Positions 18,973 to 51,720 are shown, numbered from the stretch's first letter. The stretch: DNA of 64,000 nt from Veleropilina oligotropha (GCA_048128005.1 JBEUKZ010000092.1:186001-250000), one strand, 5' to 3'. Notes: a model not told the origin generated them from the sequence alone. Made by a program: numbers and translations.

Positions 18973-21900
18973 TAGACCGGGAGCCCAGACCCCTGAGCTC
19001 AATGGAACGAGGTACCAATATCTGAGTACATAGGCTTTTAGGAACCAATATGAGCAACACAGAACTGGACGTCTGCCAATGACCACCCGTTGCGAGTGCG
19101 CCCTATGGTCACATAACCACACCCTAAATTTGGGCTAGATCAATGATTGTAGGTACCGGACAGAACCAAGACCAAACTGTGCACACTGTCAACCTTATAC
19201 ACAGGCCGCATGTACCAGACGCGCCACCCGCTGCAAAAGTCCCCCCAGAATCCCATAAAGGGGTGTGTGTAAAAATTTGGCTAGCTCAACTATTGGAGGT
19301 ACCACGTGAAATTATCAAGTACACCCCACATAATGTAAAATGACCAATGCCAGACAAATTACCCGCTGCGTTATGTCCGCCAGACACCCCGAATACCTCC
19401 CCTTTTACGCCTTATGACGTCACGAAAAAATCCTGGCCAGCTCAATCATTGGAAGTACCACGTAAAATCAAGTTTAAGTTATCAATTACACCTCACATAA
19501 TGTAAAATGACCCATGCCAAACAAATTACCCGCTGCGTTGTGTCCGCCAGACACCCCGAATACCACCCTTTTCAGACATTATGACGTCACGGAAAAATCC
19601 TGACTAGCTCAAATATTGGAGGTACCACGTGAAATCAACACTGAACTGGACGTCTGCCAATGACCACCCGCTGCGTGTGCGCCCTAGGGTTACATAACCA
19701 CACTCTAAATTTTGACTAGATCAATGATTGTAGGTACCGGTCAGAACCACTTCCAAACTGTGCCCACTGTCAACCTTATACCTAGGGCGCATGCACCAGA
19801 CAAGCAACCCACTTCAAAAGTCCCCCCAGACGCCCATAATGGGGGGGGGGGTAAACATTTGGGTAGCACAACTGTTGGAGGTACCGCGTGAAATCAAGTT
19901 AACATTATCAAGTACACAACACACAAAATAAAATGACCAATGCCAGACAAATTACCTGCTGCGTAATGTCCTCCAGACACCCCGAATTCCACCCCTTTAG
20001 GCCTTATGACGTCAACGAAAAATCATGGCTAGCTCATTGATTGGAGGTACCACGTGAAATCAAGCTAAATTATCAAGTACACACCACATAATGTAACCAA
20101 TGCCAGACAAATTACCCGCTGCGTTGTGTCCACCAGACAACCCGAATACTACCCCTTTTAGGCCTTATGATGTCACGGAAAAATCATGGCTGCTCAATCA
20201 TTGGAGGTACCGAATGAAATAAACTTTAAATTATTAAGTACATCCCAAATAATGTAAAATGACCAATGCCAGACAAATTACCCGCTGCGTTATGTCCGCC
20301 AGACACCCCGAATACCTCCCCTTTTACGCCTTATGACGTCACGAAAAAATCCTGGCCAGCTCAATCATTGGAAGTACCACGTAAAATCAAGTTTAAGTTA
20401 TCAATTACACCTCACATAATGTAAAATGACCCATGCCAAACAAATTACCCGCTGCGTTGTGTCCGCCAGACACCCCGAATACCACCCTTTTCAGACATTA
20501 TGACGTCACGGAAAAATCCTGACTAGCTCAAATATTGGAGGTACCACGTGAAATCAACACTGAACTGGACGTCTGCCAATGACCACCCGCTGCGTGTGCG
20601 CCCTAGGGTTACATAACCACACTCTAAATTTTGACTAGATCAATGATTGTAGGTACCGGTCAGAACCACTTCCAAACTGTGCCCACTGTCAACCTTATAC
20701 CTAGGGCGCATGCACCAGACAAGCAACCCACTTCAAAAGTCCCCCCAGACGCCCATAATGGGGGGGGGGGGGTAAACATTTGGGTAGCACAACTGTTGGA
20801 GGTACCGCGTGAAATCAAGTTAACATTATCAAGTACACAACACACAAAATAAAATGACCAATGCCAGACAAATTACCTGCTGCGTAATGTCCTCCAGACA
20901 CCCCGAATTCCACCCCTTTAGGCCTTATGACGTCAACGAAAAATCATGGCTAGCTCATTGATTGGAGGTACCACGTGAAATCAAGCTAAATTATCAAGTA
21001 CACACCACATAATGTAACCAATGCCAGACAAATTACCCGCTGCGTTGTGTCCACCAGACAACCCGAATACTACCCCTTTTAGGCCTTATGATGTCACGGA
21101 AAAATCATGGCTGCTCAATCATTGGAGGTACCGAATGAAATAAACTTTAAATTATTAAGTACATCCCAAATAATGTAAAATGACCAATGCCAGAAAAATT
21201 AGCCGCTGTTTGTCCATGCCATGCACCCCAAAATAGTTTAATATGGACAATATTATCAAGTGCATAAAAATGACATATGCCAGACAAAATACCCACTGTG
21301 TTGGCCAACCTAACGTTCACCCCCAAAGATTTGACCGATGAGCGGCCAATAATATGAGCTAGCTCAAACATTGTATGTACAAAATAAAACAAAGTTTATA
21401 TTATCAAATGCATCCCACACGATGTAAAATGATCTTTATCAGACAAAATATCCGTTGTGTTGGCAATACCAGATATCCAAAATATTCTTCTCTCATATCC
21501 AAAATATTCTTCTCATGAGAGACCAAATTAGTTAGCAGGCTCAAAGTCGGGAAGTACCAGATGAAACCAAGATTCACTTATCAGGTATGCCCCACACAGA
21601 ACATAAACTCACATGCCAGTTAATTTGACAGCTGCATTGGTTCTACCAGAAACACATTGGACACCAATTTAGAAATAATACAAGTGAGACAGACCACAAC
21701 TATGACAGATCTTTAGCGGTCATGGAAGCATTTTACAGAAAGGTAAACGTGAAGCCATTGAAAATGCTAAAACGGGACAACGATGGAAGTCTTTCATCAG
21801 CATGGCATGTAACGATAAAAATGCGATCATATGATTTGAAATGCAGAAGAATTATATGTGCGTTGCATGGCATGAAAGATGAGAAAGACGTAAATCGGTC

Positions 21901-23047
21901 CCGATATAAGTACCTCCATTGATTGAGCTAGCCAAGATTTTTCGTGATGTCAAAAGACCTAAAGCGGGTGGTATTCGGGGTGTATGGTAGACCAAACGAA
22001 GTGGGTCATTTTACATTATATGGGGTGTACTTGATAATTTAAACTTGATTTCACGTGGTACCTCCAATTATTGAGTTAGTCAGGATTTTCCAAGATGTCA
22101 TAACGCTTTAAGGGGGTGGTTTTCGGGGTGTCTGGCAGATACAACGAAGCGGGTAATTTGTCTGGCATTGGTAATTTTACATTATATGACGTGTACTTAA
22201 TAATTTAAACTTGATTTCACGTGGTACCTCCAATCATTGAGCTAGCATTGATTTTTCCGTGACGTCATAAGGCCTAAAAGGGGTGGCTTTCGTGATGTCT
22301 GGCGGACACAACGCAGAGGGTAATTTGTCTGGCATTTGTCATTTTACATTATGTGGGTGTACTTGATAATTTAATCTTGATTTCAAGTGGTACCTCCAAT
22401 CAATGAGCTAGCCAGGATTTTTCCGTGACGTCATAAGGCCTAAGGGGGTGATATTCGGGGTGTCTGGCGGATTTAACGCAGCGGGTAATTAGTCTGGCAT
22501 TGGTCATTTTACAGTATGTGGGGTGTACTTGATAATTTAATCTTGATTTCACGTGGTACTTTCAATCATTGAGTTAGCCAGGATTTTTCCGTGACGTCAT
22601 AAGGCCTAAAAGGGGAGGTATTCGGGGGTTTTGGCGGACATAACGCAGCGGGTATTTTTCTGGCTTTGGACATTTTACATTATGCCGGGGGTACTTGATA
22701 ACTTAAACTTGGTTTCACGTGGTACCCCCAATAGTTGCGCTAGTCAAATTTTTACCCTCCTTTTTGGGCGTCTGGTTTTTTTTTCAGCTGGTGGCGCGTC
22801 TGGTACATGCGCCCTGGGTATAAGGTTGACAGTGTGCACAATTTGGAAGTGGTTCTGACCGGTACCTACAATCATTGATCTACACAAATTTAGGGTGTGG
22901 TTATGTGACCCTAGGTCGCACACGCAGCTCAGCTGGTGGTCATCGGCAGACGTCCAGTTCTGTGTTGCTCATATAGATTGCTAAAAGCCTATGTAGTCAG
23001 ATATTGGTACCTCGTTCCATTGAGCTCAGGTCTGGGCTCCCGGTCTA
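18973..23047. mobile_element. 4.1-kb non-autonomous fold-back DNA transposon (TAG…CTA termini, Academ-like) with internal ~166-bp tandem repeats
   Basis: TAGACCGGGAGCCCAGACC…GAGCTCAATGGAACGAGGTACC at 18973 is mirrored at 23047. Inverted similarity extends several hundred bp and continues through oppositely oriented ~166-bp arrays. Confidence 0.85.
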
Positions 23048-23888
23048 TCAGGTTTATAATTAAGTTCCTAAATGGTATTCCTGTCTTGGGATGTCGGCCA
23101 TATGGATTTTTTTCCAATATGGCCGCTCGAGGGACAGTTGAGCTTGTCTGCCGGGAGATTATAAAATAGCTAGGTCATATCAATCCATAATCAAAATCTC
23201 CAAAGATTTACTCATTTACTAACCGAAGCCCAATTACTCTAGTGTGAAATCGCCAATTTGAATTTTAACCGCCATTTTTACAATTTTACACTAATTATTT
23301 TCGACAAAAGTAAAGTACATCATGTTGTCAAAATGTTTATCGTTAAAATGAGCCATTGCAGGCATTTGAAAACTGAAATGTATCGGAAATACCAAATACA
23401 CAAAAATCAAATGTCATAAAGCCGCCATTTAGAATTTTAGCCGCCATTTTGTTATTCCCCCAATATTTTTATTGCAGGCAAGCAGATATCGAATAGAGAC
23501 ATAATAGGCTATCCAAAGATGTCTGTCTCCAAAAATCCCCAGGGGGGGGGGAGGGGGGTTTCGATATCAGGCCAATGGACTATCATAAAGCCGTTGTGGA
23601 CTTCCCAACATACAGTTGGTTGTCAGGTTCTTCTGAACGCTCAAATGAAGTTTCTTGGAAACACAAATACTTACCATTCACAATTACCAATAGGTACTAT
23701 CAGTAATTTATATTTAGCTCAAAGTTGTCCATGCATTCATCAGGTAAAAATATGGACATGTTCCGGTATTAAGCACCGTTACAATCCATTTGACGTGGGG
23801 ATTACTTGATGATTAAATCCTGCGAATTATGTGCAGGTGATAATTTATTAAACGACACACAATGTGACATTACAATAAGTTGCATTAC

Positions 23889-41624
<17,736 letters not shown>

Positions 41625-42579
41625 CTGAAATGTAGTAGTCGTCATTATTGAAAAGATAACATTTTAAAAACATTTGTCTGCTGCTTTCAATTGTGGTACG
41701 TAAATATATTTTGTTTTGGTTTTGAAAGTGCAATCTCCAGGCCATCTATAATATATCCTGCAGCTTAACGTTCTCATCTTTGTGATTTTAAAATTATTTC
41801 ATAAAGGTTCAACCATATCACTAGGAAGATTATCCGATTTATCTACAATAAAAATTGTGAAAAAGTGTTCTTTATGCAGGCTAGCTCTAACCATATTTTA
41901 AATGGCCAGTATGTTTGCCTTTGGTGCAATTTTGGTTTGCGAGATATAATAATGAACTACTATTAACATTTATCTTCTCCGAAAAACATTTTTAATTGAG
42001 TGAATCGTATATTCTTATTAATCTCTGAAAGAAAATGTTGTGTGTGTTAATATGCCTCACTCTATTATATATGGCAATGCTATAAATTCGCCTATGATCA
42101 ATTTTGTGGTTCTTCATTGAACTTATTATATAACTCTGAAAACTCACTGGCTTGATTACGCTGACGAGAACAGTAGTGTGATTGAACCTCGGTTGGGACA
42201 TGACATTATTTGTTCAAGATATGAATCACAGTTGTACGTACCTGGACGACCGACCTTTCCTCCTACGATAGTATGGACATGTCCTGCTTTGAACGTAGTG
42301 GTTGGAAATGTACAGGATATTAAGCATCGATCTTTTCCTTTCATTTTGTTGAGTAGCAAACTGATAATTTAATATACTATTAGATATATGTATGAACTAT
42401 CATGAGTTTGAATTTTGAATAAAAATATTTATTACATAAATGATGCTGTTATTCATTAAATAACGGCATAAATATAATCAGTAATTAAATCATCGATAAT
42501 TTCTCTCACGTGAGTGAAATTATCAAATTAGAACGTTATTACGTGACACTAGGGAAATGTCGTCCTGACAACAAAACGT

Positions 42580-43545
42580 AACAAGAGCAATCAGAGGAGA
42601 TTGCAAGCCCTCGCCACGGGGCCAAGGAAGACGATGGTGAAAGTCAGAAACGTCTTCGATCAATATTTATAAACATGAATTACAATCATAAAATGTAATC
42701 ACAAATTATACAAAAAATAAGGAATAACAAAATTTAAATAAAAAACAAAAAATATTTTGGAGGTAACGGGAATCGAAACCCTGACCTCTAGATCTTTCGT
42801 CAATGCCTTAATCGTTTACGCCATACACACAGTCGAATTACTACGGCTAGTTTAGGTTATTTATATTTGGTGTTACATTTTTGTATTTGCAAATTTTGCT
42901 GAAGTTTATAACTCGCAACAACACAATAGTTAAGCGATATACCTGAAATATTCAGGAAAGGTGGATTACCGTATCAATGCTTAGCGGTGTCAATTATATC
43001 ACAGTATTAGCAGTAAATGATATCATGGCGTTAGCAGTATTTAAAGAGCTATCACAAATATCGCAACGTCTCGACGATTTTGACATCGAAAGAAAAATTA
43101 TTGCAACAAATTCGCTCAAACACATAAAGTATATCGATAAGAGTTGTAGATAATGTCCCACTCTGTCACATGGTAAAATTTGACGTGTCTGGTTTCAGTG
43201 GTTACATATTTACGGCATTTATTTGAAATTTGCGTTGGTTGATTTCTAATATGCATATAAAGTTCACATTTCACATTTAAATTTTTTTGTTGTTGTTGAT
43301 ATCAATATCGTTTCATTATGACTATGATTTGCACAACTAATTTACCTAATTTAATTCGATTAAAACCCTAAAACCCTACCTTGTGTAAAATTTCAAGAAA
43401 TCGGATCAATAGTTTTCGAGTTATGCGAATGAACATACATACATACAAACATACAAACATACATATATACAAACATATGGACATACATACATACATACGG
43501 AACCGATTGCAATACCCTCACCTCTCCTCCGGAGGCGAGGGTAAT
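42580..43545 (+). mobile_element. Helentron-associated non-autonomous element (HINE-like)
   Basis: Starts AACAAG, repeats GATTGCAA…CCCTC near both ends, has an internal (CATA)n tract and a 3' hairpin CCCTCACCTC…GAGGCGAGGG. Confidence 0.65.
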
Positions 43546-44124
43546 AATAGCGAACTACAGCTAATGATGACGTGGCGTGTCGTAAATAACGTTTCTATGG
43601 GAATGTAGCTCCACATACCGTATATCACTCCGCTCATTTAAATTAAATATACCTTTAATAAAGTTGATGTTTATTAGTATTTTATTGACAACTAACCCAT
43701 TTATGAAACAGGGACAATCAGAAGAGAGTGCAAAAAAAAGGATTGTGCAAAACAGAAATATGGATGACCGATAGTTTTCTCGATACAGCAGTTAAACCGG
43801 ATATGACGTCTTTAAATTCGGGTTCTGATTACAACCCGGATCATATTCGAGGAGGATAGCAACAGGGCTACTAATTACATTACACAAAATTCAAGAAAAA
43901 AAACGAGGAAAAAAAAATCTATTTTCGTTATCGGCATTCGAACATCAGACCTCAATCATGGATGTATTGATGCTTAATGTCCTGTACTGAGATTGACCAC
44001 TGATCAGAGAATGTTAATGTCCCAGATTCCAAGCCAATCCTGTTAGTTTGGGCAATATGACCAGTGATTTCAGAGTCGGCACTCGAGATCATACGTCTAC
44101 CAGGCTCGACGATTTAATTATGGG

Positions 44125-45560
44125 CAACATATCACAAGCAAACATCCTTCCAGATCGGCAGTAAAGAGACATTGAATAGAATTACAACTAGCTTTCATTG
44201 GCCGGGAATTTACGGCGATGTGAGAAAATTTTGTCTGTGAGATTGTTTCGAAAGGTAAATTCGGGCAAGATGCCATTAATGGGCGACCAATTTCAGCGAA
44301 TTGCCATCGATTTAATCGGTTCATTATCACCAATGTACATCATAACAATCGTGGATTACGCAACCAGATATTCAAAAGCAGTGGGCATTATCGATGATTG
44401 AAACTGAACGAATTACGGAGGCATTGCTTAAAGTATTCCGCAGAATCGGATTCTCACCCAGGAAATTGTTAAGTGACATTGGCACATAATTTAGGTCTGA
44501 TTTAATGGGGTCTGGAGTGTCTGTGGAGCAACGGTTTAACACCTTACAACACGAAGTGCAACGGGTTTTGTGAGCAAATAAACGGTGAATTAAAGAGCAT
44601 ATTGAAGACACAACGATTGGGATCGATATCTACCAGCAATACTATATGCCTACACATTATTGTTGCAATGGAAATAACCGTATGCAGTGAAAAATTACTT
44701 GGGCAGCAAAATTACAAAACAAGTGTCAAGAACAAGGATAAAGTGTTCCTTGCGAACCTGGTGACACGTTTTGAGGAAAGGAAAGAAGATACGAGAGAAG
44801 AAACCAGCTTGGACTTTCATACACCAGATTCAGCGAACGCCGGTGTTGTAGTATAAGAAGCCGATATCTATGAAGAGGTGGGGTCATGGATGATGAGACG
44901 TTGAACGACACAGCGAAACTGAACGGTAAAGAGACGTCCAGGATAAACAACTGAGCAGAAACAACGGGTGAAGGAACTGTTAAGTAGGTATGCTGCAATA
45001 TATACAGAGTAGCCAGGTACAACGCAATTATAAGAGCACGTAATCGAGTTGACAACGACGGAACCAGTTCGTACTGAATACCACTTGCGACTAGATCAGA
45101 GGTGATGCAAGAGGTACATGGAGATAGCAAAATAGACCCATCATGTTCATCCTATAACGCGCCCATTGTCCTAGTAACGGAGAAGACCCTGCGCTTTTGC
45201 ATAGACTACATACAACTCAACATGAAAACGAAACTCGACAATGAACCAATGATATTACCGGAAAATATTGTGACGAATTTGCAAGATGACCATTTCTTCA
45301 CGAAACTCTTCCTTAGCAATGGATACTGGCATATACCAGTGAAATAAGAGTGTCGCCCCACCGCTGCGTTTACAACGTTGTTGGCTGTTACCAGTTCCGA
45401 AAGCTACCGTTATGAATTAAAAATTCAGGAGTTACATTCAACCGGATGTAGCAGAGATTAAGTTGCTAGTAGATACGTGCTGTGGAAGTATACTTAGAAA
45501 ATCGAAACGCAGTCCCACTCAAAACGACGAAGCAATTCAGATCGTCCAAAGGTTTAGCAG
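44125..45560 (+). mobile_element. Decayed Ty3/Gypsy pol with integrase upstream of RT (Gmr1-like order)
   Basis: 44.27-44.6 kb: PLMGDQFQRIAIDLIG…TIVDYATRY (integrase). 45.13-45.45 kb: PSCSSYNAPIVLV…LRFCIDY…FFTKL…GYWHIP (RT). Confidence 0.75.
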
Positions 45561-46284
45561 GCCAATTTTCAAAGAATTATTATAATTACGTAATTTTTAT
45601 ATTCAACATTGATAATTATGGTTATTGTATATTATATTGTGTTTATCTTATTAGGAAGTTCAAGCGTTTGTGAATGTGTTCATCTTAAGTCAACGGAATG
45701 AGAATAATTGATGAAATGGAGGATAATTTAACACATGTAGGAATTCCCATTGACATTTCTCTAGCAAATGTTGCCCAACGGATTGAAAAACACAACATTT
45801 CAGCCAATGAGTAAACAGATGAAGTTGGCAGAATAACCTATTATTAAACATAAACCAGTGACTGCATGCAATGGGAGAAGTAATAGTGACAGATCAAAAA
45901 CCACATGGTGATAGACAGTAGAAAAAGAATGTGATAATCCCAGATGGCGAAGCTGTGGACAGGCAACGGCAGCGGCAGCAGACAGAGCTGAGTGGAGGAG
46001 TTCGACGGAAGTCACTTAGCACTCAGCGGATAGGTAAACAATACAATACAATTCGTTTATTAAGCTTTAAATATAATACATATTTATAGCTATTATAATA
46101 TTATCTTCAGTATATACAGGCAGATATGTGAATAAATGGAAGATATGTAAATAAATATACACTGGACAATACTAGTAGTGCATATTGTACAATAATCATG
46201 CCATATAGACAAATACAAATATTTCAAAATGTACAACGGCATGAATACTATATACATGTATATTTAAAGCGAACATAAAAATAA

Positions 46285-48937
46285 TTAAAGCTGCAAGCAG
46301 CTGTGAGGGCTTCAAGTCCGAACCGTGGTGGCTGCAGTAGTTGCAATCGAACCCCATACTTGACATTCATGTCCAATGTGCTTTACCTATACCACTGATG
46401 TGAAAAACTCGCCTGCAAGGTCAATATTTAACATATACGTCATATATAGGTCAAAAGGTCATCGGAAGTCAAAGGTCAAGGTCACATTTGAAAGATTGCC
46501 CATGACCTCGTATAGGCTCCCTATGGTAACTAGTGTCTACAGTGCATAATTTGCGAGATATTGCTTGTGTAAACAAATCATGTAATGGCCACCCTGGCAA
46601 TTCTAGTTTTCGGAAATTGGTCGAATGCGCCAATAGGTCTTCAATGTACCTACTTTTGCAAATAGACATGTCTTTATGCATTTTGTATTAATTTTAGTAT
46701 CATTAAGTATCATAACTCTACGTAGATTTCCTTAAATCCAGGATGGTGGATGACCTACTTGACCGAACTGATCAAAATTTGTTTCTATAGCAAGGGCTTC
46801 CATATATACACACCTATATATGATATATCATTATTCTAGTCACAAAGCTTTTTGAGATATTGCCATTTAAGAATTAAAATCACCGACAATATCGAAAATA
46901 TCTCAAAACGAGGCGCTTTAAACGATTTTAAGAACCCATCTTTTTACAGTATTTAAGTAGTTGATAGACGAAGCATTCTTCCAATTTTCAGAAAAATTCA
47001 TCAGAGATATGGAGATATCTCGAGAACTACGCTGGGTAGAAGCCTGAAATTTGCGGCATGCGATTCAGAGTCATTATATGTATATAATAAAAAAAAATTA
47101 AATTTAATTTTTTAAAGAAAATAATTTAAATTCATGATGAACATATGGCCACTCTGAATCGAATGCCGCAAATTTCAAATTTCTACACCGCTTAGTTCTC
47201 GAGATATGGCCATTTGAATATGAATGCGGCGGCCATTTTGTTTTTTTCCAAAAAAATATTTGACCTAATTTAAAATATCTAAGCTCTAGGACCAGTCTTA
47301 ACCTAGTTATCCCCTTTATGACCATTTTATATCGTCCAAATAGGCATTTTTCCTTAAATAGGTCACCTGAGGTCAAAGGTCAAAGTGGATTTGGAATACC
47401 CACCCATGACGTCCCATAGGCTCCCTATAGTAACCATGTCTCTAGCTACAATATTATTGAAGATATTAGCTGTTAAAGAATTTGGAAAATTCAATCAAAG
47501 ATGGCGGATGACCTAATTAACCGATCTGGCCAAGATTGGTTTCTATAGCATATGCACCTAAATATGAAATATCGTTACTCTAGCTGCAACAGTTTTAGAG
47601 ATATTGCCATTTAAAAATCACAAAATATATTTTTGCCATATCGAGATTCGAACCCAGGTCCTCTCAATTGGGAGTCTAGAACGATACCACTGCTCCACGA
47701 GTGAGCTCATTAAATTGACCTCAAAATAACACCATCTAGTGACATGCTACACATAAGCATTTGTAAAAATGCATAAAATCACAAAAATATATTTTTGACA
47801 TATCGTGATTCGAACTCGGGTCCTCCCAATTGGGAGTCTAGAACGCTACCACTGCTCCACGAGTGAGCTCATTAAATTGACCTCAAAATAACTACATATG
47901 CTTTCACTGCCATAATTGCAACCGAGCACTTCGCGATGATGCGCATTGTTTAACTCGCTCCAACTTTGGAAATACGTAACATAATTTCTTCAAATTTTCA
48001 GTATATGTAGTGTATTGGCATCTTACTTGATGGTGGAAATTTCGAATAGTTCGATAACTTGGTTAAAGAGATATTAAGAATGTCGCAAAGAGGTGACTTT
48101 ACAAACTTTGGATGGAAAAACAACGCTATGAAGTTGCTGGAACACCATACATATCAGCGATAAAGTTGTTCATATTGACCTGCTCTATTAGTATGCCAAA
48201 TTTGAGTGATGTGCTTCATGTATTATTGGAGTTAGTGCCCCTGAGAGAGGATTTCAAATGTAATCATTTTGAATTGTTGCAAACTTCACATTTCGAATAT
48301 TTTAATCATTTTTTTTACTCGTATTTACTTAATAACATCAATGTTGCATATTTACAAGAAAAAAAAGTGAATTTTGTTCGATTTGACGAAAATAGGTTTT
48401 TACCAAATTCATTGTTAAAGGCCGCCATTATCGGGAATATCTCAAAACGAGGCACTTAAAACGATATTTCAGAATCCATCTATTAACAAACTTTAAGTAG
48501 ATGATAGGCAAAGCATTCTTCCAAGTTTCAGAAAAATTCTTCAGAGACTTTTTTAGCAATGGGCGCAAACGCAAATGCCAAGATGGCGGCTGACCTAATT
48601 GCAAAAGTTATGACTTGGCTTCACAGGGATGACCAGTATATACCTATTAACTTACATATTGAAGTTCATTGCTCTAGCTGAAGTCTTAACAAAGTTATTA
48701 GCAAAATGGCGTTTCTTAAATATTTGCATAAAACAAGATGGCCGCCAAACCGGTGGCGCCACCAAACTGAAAAATTTTCAAGCACTACTTCAATACGGTA
48801 GGTACATATATGCTAAGTTTCAAGTTCATGCCTTTTATAGTTTTTGAGATTTCGGTGGTACAAAATTCGGACAAATAATAAAAAAAAAGGTATAGCAATA
48901 CCAATAGGTCTTCAAGCCTGAAGCTTGAAGCCCTAAT
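46285..48937 (+). mobile_element. Helentron-associated non-autonomous element (HINE-like), 2.6 kb
   Basis: 5' TAAAGCTGCAAGCAGC, internal CCAATAGGTCTTCAA repeated at the 3' end before hairpin CTTCAAGC-CTGAA-GCTTGAAG, and internal duplications. Confidence 0.6.
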
Positions 48938-49369
48938 TATATTCATAATACATAGATGTTCTTGTAATTGCTAGCATATATGGTTCCGGTACATATAAAA
49001 GCTATGAGTATTACATGCATAATTACATACATATTGGAGGGAGGGAGGAATGATGCTTAATATCCTGTATATTTACAACATCGAGGTTCAAGGCAGGACA
49101 TGTCCGTGTTATCGCGGGAGGATACCCCGGTCGCCCGGGTAAACCGCCCTCTTCGGCCAGTCGCGGACAACTTACATACATATTGGACATAAATGATATT
49201 ATATTTGGGATTGATATATAGTGTTGTTCCTTGCGGAAAAGGCATGTTATATGTAGAATCCTAGATTCAATAACGTCTTCTTTGTACCAGTATTCATTAA
49301 ATTTATGAATTTTTGAATGGATGGCCATCTTGTATAGTATTTCGGTAAGTATTTAACTCTTATTGTTCG

Positions 49370-51720
49370 ATATTTCGGGCATGTAAGAATGAAAATTTAA
49401 TGGTATTCGTCTTCGATGACATTTAGTGTACATTTTTGACATAATCTGTTGATTCTATCGATTCCAAGAAATCTGCCCTCTTCTATTGCTAATTTGCAAG
49501 TACCTCTGCCAATTTGCGTTATCATTCTCCTGGAATTTTTTGAATTGCATTGAATGCTTATACATCGAATATAATCGAAGTTTGGCAGTTTCTTGTATTT
49601 TGTTATGTCATAATTGTCCAAACTGATCATGTAATCGTTGGATAAGAAGATTAACTGGCATTTCAATTGTATCATGTGCTAGCCATTAATTATTAAAGCC
49701 CAAATAACACAGCAGATCTCTTTCTTCGGACGCCCAATGGGGTGCGTTGTGGTTATCACATTGTTGTCGGTCATTGTTATATACTCTATAGACAAACGTG
49801 TCTTTATTGCTTATAATTTTAACCCCATACTTAATAATGTTTTCCTTCCGTTTAATAGCCATGGTTACGCTGTTCAACTCGCCATACAAGAAATAATTCG
49901 GGGTTCGTTTAGAGGCTTGTAGGATTGTCCTACAAAATTTAATATTTTCAACATCATCGCCTTTGTTGAATCCCCATACCTCTGATGCGTAGTTGGGGAC
50001 AGGTTCTACCAGAGTGGTAAACATATTTAACTGTGTATTAACAGGAAATGTGTAGTTTTTTAGAGTTTGGAGTAGCCCACTTAAAGAACCCCCACTGTTG
50101 TGCCTGTCGTTTTTGTGTAAACTTTAGGTTTCCACTTTTATGCAACAGAAACCCAAGATAAGTAAAAGAATCGACCTGTTCGATAATATGGTTATTATAA
50201 GTGAATTCATATTTCTTTCTTTTTCTTTTCTTCGTGAATACTATTATTTTCGTTTTCTTTATATTAACTGTGATGTTCCATGAGTTGCAGTAGCGAGCAA
50301 GGCAATTTAGTGATGCTGAAGTTCGAAAGGAGATTTAGCAAATATGACAGCATCGTCTGCAAATAGCAGTGAGAATTAAATAATTGTTTCGATTGAAATT
50401 ACATCTTGATTATCTTGGGGAACATAGTTCAACATAACATCGTTGATAAAGAATAGGAATAAGAGGTGCGAAATAGGTTCTCCTTGTTTCACTCCTTGGT
50501 GGCTTTGGAATGGATCTGACGTTTGGAAATGGTGCTTAATACATATATCTACCTGCGATTACATACTCTTTATTATTTTAATAATATTCGTGCTTGCACC
50601 TTATTTCCATAATTTGTAGTAAAAAACATCCCTGTTGACCTTATCAAAAGCTTATCTGGAAATATATGAAAGCGCAATCCAGTTATTTTTTCTTGAAGAA
50701 TGTATCAGTTATTATATTTTTAAAACTGAAAATACAGTCCACTGTACTTCGTTGTGGCCTGAAACCAAATTGATGTGGATTTAATTTTTTATTGTTTTCC
50801 GCCCATTGAAGAAGTCTGGTGTTTAACATGCTGGAAAATACAAATATCGCGATAATTTTTAGGATCAGACATGTCCCCATTTTTGGGAATAGGCACAAGT
50901 ATTCCATTTGACGAAGATTTTGGAAAATAGTTGTTGGCCATCATAATGTTAAATAATTTTGCCATAGGTGGTGTTAAGGGTTCGATTGAATCCTTGAACA
51001 TTTCTGATATTAGCTTATCAACAGCAGATCCCTTATTTCTTTTCAATCGACGTATAACATCGCGTACTTCAGTGACTGTTATTTCCTTATCGAGACAATC
51101 GACTGATATATTACTTCTTTCAAATTCAACATTCGCTTGACTGATGCACCCATTCGTTTCCTTTTTAGCTCATCTGGTAGATTTCCAAATAGCTGACGAA
51201 AATGGGTTGTACAATCGTCATTGCCAAGTGTATTGCTAGTTTTGTACTTCGTTTTTTGCTTTTTCACTTTAAACCAGAATATACGTGGTTCATATTTTGC
51301 CAGGTTTTCGAGTTCTCTACCTTCCTTATTTCTGTACTTATATATGGCAGTTTTTTAGTTTTGACATACATGTTTCTTGCTGCGATAAAATTTGCTTTAA
51401 TCGAATCAGTACGGCGTCGCCGATATTTCTTTCTTTCTTTGCTGAAAGTTATTTTACATTTTTTGCAGTTTCCATCAAACCATTGGTTTTTAGGAAGTCT
51501 GGGTTTGTTTGGGATACTTTTGTTGCATCCAAAAAATGTATATCCGATATTGTATATGGTATTAGATAAACGTAAGTTTAATATTTCATTGGTGATTAAG
51601 AGGCGACCGTGGTTGCATATAAAAGGGCTGGATTTGGGCTTATTTGTCAGAAATTCGACGATAAATACGACTTCAATAAATAATGCAAACTGGAAAAATA
51701 ATTCTGAGAATTACGGATTA
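49370..51720 (-). mobile_element. Decayed LINE ORF2 (RT plus C-terminal Cys/His domain)
   Basis: HQFGFRPQRSTVDCIF; GVKQGEPIS…FIND; LLFADD; NYASEVWG; LAIEEGRF…CQKC…EDEYH. Confidence 0.85.

Noticed and set aside
41625..41745. ATG at 41745 as the IR start codon
   Set aside because: No signal peptide follows, and a better acceptor (catttcag) at 41625 gives a phase-compatible internal exon.
47625..47895. Two tRNA-like segments (TTCGAACCC…)
   Set aside because: Degenerate duplicated B-box-containing pieces inside a HINE-like element, with no convincing cloverleaf.
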